A stretch of DNA of 64,000 nt from an uncultured Methylomirabilota bacterium (lineage in GTDB: Bacteria; Methylomirabilota; Methylomirabilia; Methylomirabilales; 2-02-FULL-66-22), in assembly GCA_963705305.1 (NCBI GenBank), contig OY970067.1, positions 800,001-864,000 of the forward strand, read 5' to 3'. Numbering within the stretch: the stretch's first letter is position 1; each line of letters begins with the position of its first letter. A model generated the notes under the pieces. It was not told the DNA's origin, did no database searches, and saw only the letters and a program-made list of their open reading frames with translations. The translations under genes and the position numbers were made by a program. This document shows positions 57,173-64,000 of this stretch, piece after piece.

Positions 57173-58702
57173 TTAACGATCGGCATCCTTGGTGAGTTCG
57201 GCGTCGGGCCCTGCGGCGGTGTTCGTGCGGGAATTCGTCCCCGGCTTGGCCGGGACAAACGCTGGGAGCGCCCTGGCTGCCAGCGCGTCTAATCGCGCCT
57301 CCTGCTCTTGCGCCAACGCCATCGTCCCGGCGATCTTCGCGTATACATCCATCGTCAGCCTGATGCTGCTATGGCCCACACGCTCCTGCACGAGCTTGGG
57401 GTGGGTGCCTGCTTCCACATGGAAGGCGATGAAGCTTCGCCGAAAGTCATGCTGGCGGATCCCAGTGATCCCCAGCGCCCGCAACGCCGGGGCGAAGTGC
57501 CGGCGGCGGATGTTCTTTGGGTACAATGGAGTGCCTGTCTGGCTGGGGAACACCAGGTCAAGCGGGTTGGGTCCACGCAGATCTTCGAGGTGCGCGACCA
57601 GGAACGGGACCAAGGGGCCCCGGATCTCCACCACGCGTCTGCCGGCCCGCGACTTGGGCTCCGCGAGCTTCCAGCGCGGCTCCCCCGGCGGGCAGTCCTT
57701 CTTCGAACGCCAGATGACCTGCCGTTGGATGAAGACGCGGCATCGCTCGAGGTCGAGGTCTGCCCGCTGCAGTCCCGTGACCTCCCCGATCCGCAACCCG
57801 CAGAATGCCATCACGAGGAAGAGCACGCCGTAAAATGACCCGACCGCCTCGCAGCACTGCTTCAGCTGGTCGACACCGAGGTAGTGCAACTCTCGCTCGG
57901 GGACGTCAAAACGTCGGACCCGTTCCAGCGGGTTCACGAAGAGGTACCCCTTGGCCCGGGCATCCTCTAGGATCGTGTGCAGCACCCCCCGGACGATCTG
58001 CACGCTTCGGCGTCCCGGCTTGCCCCGGGACAGGAGGTCCGCCTGCCACCGCTCGATGCGGTCCGGCTTGAGGCTCTGGATGGGCGTCCGATTGAACGCG
58101 GGGATCAGGTAGCCGTTCACGGCCCACTCGTGCAAGGCGTGCGTGCTCGGGCTGACGGTCGGCTGGGTGCGCGCCAGCCAATCCGTCGCGTAGGGCTTGA
58201 ACGGCTTCGGGCGCGGGTCCACGTAGGTCCCCTGCCGGAGCTCCGTGCTCACGGTATCGCGGAACGCCTTCGCCTCCCGCTTGGTGGCGAAGTATTTCCA
58301 GCGCTGCTTCTTGGATTCTGGCTCGCGCCAAGCGACCCCGAACGGCTTGCGCCGGCCGGGGAACTTCCGGATGCTGGCGATGGTCGCTCTCCTTCCCGCG
58401 GCCGGCTGGATGGTCGGCCAGCGGGTGGGATGGTGGGGCCTCGGGGTGTTTGCTGGCGTTTGCCGGGCCCCGTGAAGCTGTTGGTATTGCGCCCCGATCG
58501 GGGTGTCCCCCTGCTGCGGGGGCAAGGGGTCCGCGGGCCGCCCATTCCCGCTGGCCCAGGATTGCAGCTCCGACAGTCGGAAGCGCCTGAACGGGCCAAT
58601 CTTGTACGAAGGCACCTTGTTCAGACGAACCATCTCGTACAACCAACTCCCCTTCACGCCCAGGTGGGCAGCCGCCTCTCGGATCGCAACGAATGGTTCC
58701 AC
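57173..58702 (-). CDS. tyrosine integrase in frame with an N-terminal excisionase-type HTH
   Basis: N-terminus IREAAAHLGV..WLY...VPSYKIG..RRF; integrase catalytic set GLRIGE, PKS, HDFRR, GHSS, DVY. Confidence 0.9.
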   Translation of the reverse strand: MEPFVAIREAAAHLGVKGSWLYEMVRLNKVPSYKIGPFRRFRLSELQSWASGNGRPADPLPPQQGDTPIGAQYQQLHGARQTPANTPRPHHPTRWPTIQPAAGRRATIASIRKFPGRRKPFGVAWREPESKKQRWKYFATKREAKAFRDTVSTELRQGTYVDPRPKPFKPYATDWLARTQPTVSPSTHALHEWAVNGYLIPAFNRTPIQSLKPDRIERWQADLLSRGKPGRRSVQIVRGVLHTILEDARAKGYLFVNPLERVRRFDVPERELHYLGVDQLKQCCEAVGSFYGVLFLVMAFCGLRIGEVTGLQRADLDLERCRVFIQRQVIWRSKKDCPPGEPRWKLAEPKSRAGRRVVEIRGPLVPFLVAHLEDLRGPNPLDLVFPSQTGTPLYPKNIRRRHFAPALRALGITGIRQHDFRRSFIAFHVEAGTHPKLVQERVGHSSIRLTMDVYAKIAGTMALAQEQEARLDALAARALPAFVPAKPGTNSRTNTAAGPDAELTKDADR

Positions 58703-59381
58703 GTCCGTTAACCTCCTCGTACAGCCCCGTCCCCATGCCCGCGTACGGGAGTGAGTGTCCCGTGTGCGTTCCCTGGAGCTATGTTCGTGTTATGCCTAAA
58801 GTCTGTCCGGTCCCGTTGGTGGGAATCCCAACGGTTGTGCTCGAAAAGAACAGCTTCCCTGTCGGTTCACCGCCAGGCGACTGTTCACGCTGATAGCCGC
58901 ATCGGCTTCGGAAAGGTCCCGCGGCGACCGCCCGCCCACCCGGTGCTTTTGGAGACCGGGATGACCGCGAGGACCTGCCGGAGTCGCAGAAGCGCGTTTT
59001 GGATCCCCACACCTTGCGAAGGTGGACCAAGATCCTGCGAGCACCCGTGACCCCCTTCCACCCCCGGGCGTCGCGCATCGGAACACGGCGGGATCGGGCG
59101 GGCGTTGTCCACCGCCATGAACTCATTGGCCAGGCTTCGCACGGCCGCGAGGCAGGTCTCGCGGGTCCGCTCGACCATCCCCCGGACGAGCATGTCGTTG
59201 TCCATACGTCCTAGGGGACGTAGTATCTTTAATTGCTTTATTTGGTCCGGGCGCTCCAACACACTTCATGGGCGCGACCAATGACGTTTCCGAGCGATCA
59301 ACGAATGTTGGGCTCCGGGTGTCAAACCGCGGAGGCGGGAGGACAGGCACGAGCCCGCCTGAAACATCAGGCGAGGGACGG

Positions 59382-61505
59382 TCAGCGGGCGCGGGCCAGC
59401 TCTTGCAGCAGGGCGGCGACCCGCCGCTCTTCGGCGGCCGTGAGGCGCTCGCCGCCGAATCGTACCCGCTCGTACAAGGCGGTCAGCTCTTCCACCGGCG
59501 CTTTGAGCTCGCGCCGGTCGGGGAGGCCGGTCGCGAACTCCCTGGCGGTGGCGGCGGGCGGCTTGGAGTGGCCGCGGCGGCGGAGCAGCCGCAGAGTCCG
59601 CTCATAGAAGGGAACACCGCTTTGCCGCAGCCGGGTGCGAAGGAACCAGGCCCCGGCAACTCCCCGGTCGCCGGCCCGCCGCAGCAGGATCGTTCCCGCC
59701 GCCGCGACGAGCGCCAGCAGGAATGCCAGGCCGCTGCCGTACTCCCGCCACAGCCGGCGCAGCCGGAGGCTCATCCGGAAAGACCAGGCGTCCCAGGTCG
59801 CACCGAGGCCCCGGCGGAAGGCTGCGGACCGCCGGCCAAGATTCATGGCGAAGACGGCCTGGTCGCTCAGGCTGTAGTCGATCACGTAGCGGTTCCAGCG
59901 CATCCGGAGGGCATCGAAGTATTTTCCCGCCCAACTGCTTTCCCCGAATAATCGGGCCTCAAACGCCGCCCGCGGCGACGGGTCGAAGGTGACCCATCCC
60001 GCCCCTGGGAAATACACCTCCACCCAGGAGTGGGCATCCCGCTGCCGGATGGCGAAGTACTGCCCCACCTCGTTCCATTCCCCGCGCTGGAATCCGTTGA
60101 CCACACGTACCGGAATGCCCACGGCCCTCAGCAGGATCGCCATGCTGGCGGCGAAGTATTCGCAGTTGCCTGCCCGCCGGACGAACAGGAAGTCGTCCAG
60201 CGGATCCTCACCCGACCCCGGTCGCAGGTCCAGGGTATACCGCAGGTTCTCGGACAGGTATGCCTCCACCCGACGGGCCACCCGGTAGGGAGTCTCCGCG
60301 CCGGCCGCCAGCTGGCGGGCCAGATCGCGCAGGCGCGGGGAGAGCGGAGGAACCTCCAGATATGTCTCCCGAATTTCCGGGGGGTAGTCGTCGCGCGCAA
60401 ACACGCGGTCGAGCATGGCTGTCCTGAAGGATTCCGGCTGGGAGACGGCCAGGTAGTGTAGGCGCGTCGACGGAGGGCCGGGAAGCGTGATCCCATCACC
60501 GGCATCCACCCCGAGACCGGCCAGCCGGCCCTGGATCGATACAATCCGCGGGAGCCCGAACAGGACGGAAGTGCCGATGGGCTCCAGGAAGACCTCGTAC
60601 GGCACGATCGGGAGGCCCGCCCGATACGGGGACACGACAAAGGAGTTCTCTCGGACCTGGCGGGCCGGCAGGGTTCTGGGGTCGGACAGGGACCAGGTGC
60701 GACCGTCGAAGCGATCGAAGGCCAGCCCGCGCCAGCGCAGGTTGGGGAGCTGGTCGGGATGACTGGGGCCCTCGAGAAAGCTCACCCGCATCACGATGGT
60801 GGGATCCTGCTGGATGGTCCCGTAGGCGCCCAGGTCGACCTGATCGGTGAAGCCGGTGGAGAGGGTGCCGATCTGGGCCCGGAGCGGCAGATAACTTAAC
60901 CCCACGCGGGGGATCACCAGAAAGATAGCCAGCGTGAGGACCAGCGAGCCGAGGGCCACGATCACGCTATTCAAGAGATAGGCGGGGGCCACCATCCGCG
61001 ATCTGGCCAAGAGCTCCCGGCTTCGCTCCGGGTACGCGGCCTCGGTCTCACGCTTCAGGTGCAGACAAAGGAGCGCCCAGATCCCGAGGATCATGTAGAG
61101 GCAGAAGACCAGCAGAAAGCCGAAGCTCACCGTCAAGGTGGCAGCGGCCACCAGCAGCAGAAACGTGAGGACGACGATCTCCATAAGGTCGCGATGGTGC
61201 CGGGCATTGTACAGCTTGTACGCCAGGAGGAAGAGCAGCAAGTGAATGAGGGCGGCGATGAGGGACTCGGCCAGGAAGAAAAGGTCCAACACCGCGTAGA
61301 CCAGGAAGATTCCGGTGAGGACGTCCCACAGGCGGCGGTAGTTGGGAATGCGGGGACGGAGGTCGTCGGCCCACCAGCTTCCCAGGACGGCGGCCAGGGT
61401 CAGCGCCAGGACCGGTCCGGCGAGGATGTGGGTAAGGTACAGGGCGTCGAAGACGTCCAGCACCAGGAGGTAGATGATCAGCTTGAAGAACAGTCCGAAG
61501 AGCAC
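59382..61505 (-). CDS. membrane transglutaminase-like protein (TgpA/DUF3488-like)
   Basis: Multi-TM N-terminus, GNCEYFA, AHSWVE, FDPSP. Confidence 0.93.
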   Translation of the reverse strand: MLFGLFFKLIIYLLVLDVFDALYLTHILAGPVLALTLAAVLGSWWADDLRPRIPNYRRLWDVLTGIFLVYAVLDLFFLAESLIAALIHLLLFLLAYKLYNARHHRDLMEIVVLTFLLLVAAATLTVSFGFLLVFCLYMILGIWALLCLHLKRETEAAYPERSRELLARSRMVAPAYLLNSVIVALGSLVLTLAIFLVIPRVGLSYLPLRAQIGTLSTGFTDQVDLGAYGTIQQDPTIVMRVSFLEGPSHPDQLPNLRWRGLAFDRFDGRTWSLSDPRTLPARQVRENSFVVSPYRAGLPIVPYEVFLEPIGTSVLFGLPRIVSIQGRLAGLGVDAGDGITLPGPPSTRLHYLAVSQPESFRTAMLDRVFARDDYPPEIRETYLEVPPLSPRLRDLARQLAAGAETPYRVARRVEAYLSENLRYTLDLRPGSGEDPLDDFLFVRRAGNCEYFAASMAILLRAVGIPVRVVNGFQRGEWNEVGQYFAIRQRDAHSWVEVYFPGAGWVTFDPSPRAAFEARLFGESSWAGKYFDALRMRWNRYVIDYSLSDQAVFAMNLGRRSAAFRRGLGATWDAWSFRMSLRLRRLWREYGSGLAFLLALVAAAGTILLRRAGDRGVAGAWFLRTRLRQSGVPFYERTLRLLRRRGHSKPPAATAREFATGLPDRRELKAPVEELTALYERVRFGGERLTAAEERRVAALLQELARAR

Positions 61506-62592
61506 GCTTGGCCCTCCGCCGGGGCAGGGGGCGGCGCCCCCAGCAATACCCGCACCGTCCGCCCCACGTCCGCGGGCAGTTCGAGGGCGCGCGGGCCGGA
61601 GGCAGTCTCGTACAGGGCCAGCCGCTCCAGGACGCGGTCCAGATGGGCCTCGCCCTGCCCATACTCGACCGTGCCCTCGGCGGTGATCAGGCGGAGCGAG
61701 ATCTCCCGCCGGATGGCATGGGCGGCCAGCGAGGCCGCGTAGCTCAGGTTTGCCTCCACCAGGGCCTCGGTGGCGCCCGGCGGCGGATCCTCCAGCAGCA
61801 GGCTGATCCGCGGGCGATCCTCGTCCTCCAGCTCCTTCACCATGAGATCGCCGGTCTTGGCCGAGGTCTTCCAGTGGATCAGGCGGGGATCGTCCCCCGC
61901 CCGGTACGGGCGCAGGTTATGAAGGCCGGCTCCCTGGCCGCGCCGGTCCCGCGCGCGCCAGCCGGGATCCAGGGCCGCCGGGACCTCGGCCGCCGTCAGG
62001 GGCCGAATGGCAGGGTACACCAGCACGGGATCGCGGAGAATCGGGCGACTGATCTTGGTGAACAGGCCGAAGGGAAATCGCGTGAGGATCTGCAGCCCGG
62101 GCAGCCAGTGCCGTCCGCGGCGGGGAAACGTCAGGGAATACTGCCAGGCCTCGCGCGCCTGGGGACCCAGGTGGAGGAAGAAGTGGCTCTGCGGGGAGCC
62201 ATCGCAGGGATCCGCCTCCGTCACATGGAGCGCATAGGAGGGCAGCCGGCGTTTGGCGTTGAACAGCCAGACGCCGAAGGTGGCCGGCACGCCCCGAAAC
62301 AGCCGGCGCGGGACCTCCCGCCGCACGATCACCCGTCGCATGGTCTGCTCGGACAGCATGCCCGAGATGGCCAGGAACGACAGCAGCATTGCTAGGATCA
62401 TGTAGAGCAGGTTATTGCCGGTATTGGTCGCGGCCAGTCCGATGGCAAAGGTGGTGCCGATGAACCACCAGCCTTCCCGTGTGAGACGGATCGTGCGAGG
62501 CAGCCAGTAGCGGGTTCGGGGCGGTGGGGCGGTGGGCGGGGTCCCGGAGAAAGGCTTGGGCGTCTCGGATCTGGGCTGTCGGCTGTCGGCGT

Positions 62593-62596
<4 letters not shown>
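61478..62596 (-). CDS. DUF58 protein
   Basis: TGNNLLY, TRFPFGLF, LRPYRAGDDPRLIHWKTSA. Confidence 0.93.
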
Positions 62597-63531
<935 letters not shown>

Positions 63532-63750
63532 CGGTACGAACCAACCTCCCGCCCCGGCCGCCGACGGCGCCTCGCCGGCATCCCCGGCGAATCCGCGGGC
63601 GGCGGCACAACCACGCGCCGTGATGCTAGCGCCCCATTTTTGGACTGGCAAGGGTTTTCGGTCCGTGCGGACCCCCTTGAAAGGGCCGTCGTTCAGAAGG
63701 TTCGGGCCACGGGGGGGACAGGAGGGGAGGCCCTGCCGAGGGACCGGAGA

Positions 63751-64000
63751 CTACGGCTCCCGCAGGACGGCTGCCAGGTGGGCTCGGACGGCCCCGGCCG
63801 TCTCCGGGCGGCGCAGGGCGAAATCGATGAAGCACTTGGCGTACTCGACCCGGTTGCCGATGTCGTACCGCCTGGCCTGCCATGCCAGGGCGTACATGGG
63901 CTCTCGCTGGGCCAAGAGATTCATGGCGTCGGTGAGCTGGATCTCCCCGCCGACGCCCCGCCCTGTCGCGTCGATGCACTCGAAGATCGCCGGCGTGAAG
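63751..64000 (-). CDS. galU: UTP--glucose-1-phosphate uridylyltransferase, C-terminal part (5' end outside window)
   Basis: Manual translation: FTPAIFECI...GGEIQLTDAM...RYDIGN...FAL. Confidence 0.88.
   Translation of the reverse strand, partial: FTPAIFECIDATGRGVGGEIQLTDAMNLLAQREPMYALAWQARRYDIGNRVEYAKCFIDFALRRPETAGAVRAHLAAVLREP

Larger units (their letters stand above)
43230..59330. mobile_element. composite genomic island (integron, DarTG, tyrosine integrase); right boundary approximate
   Basis: tRNA fragment at left edge, visibly lower and patchy GC, integrase genes, return to host-like genes at 59382. Confidence 0.8.

Overview
High-GC bacterial chromosome segment; taxon cannot be fixed from the sequence alone. 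About 1-43.2 kb and 59.4-64 kb are mostly housekeeping and metabolic genes: tdh, amrS, nfo, a GalT-like gene, an FAD/Fe-S oxidoreductase, msrA, nagB, ftsEX-envC-ctpA-tsaD-def, iolD, gltA, a sigma54 two-component system, an ABC transporter with DUF1116/amidohydrolase/HpxW-like genes, a cyclophilin, MoxR-DUF58-transglutaminase and galU. About 43.2-59.3 kb is a composite accessory island bounded on the left by the 3' half of tRNA-Val(TAC). It contains an HNH/beta-propeller fusion gene and an integron of 12 attC-delimited cassettes. The integron's intI is co-oriented with the array ('inverted integrase' layout) and carries a frameshift and a premature stop. The island also has a DarT-DarG pair lying between two diverged copies of a tyrosine-integrase 3' end, and a single ORF joining an excisionase-type HTH to that integrase. 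Several cassettes carry HEPN-like, HNH or deaminase motifs, so the island is a candidate defence locus. All family calls are from motif recognition by eye, not database searches.
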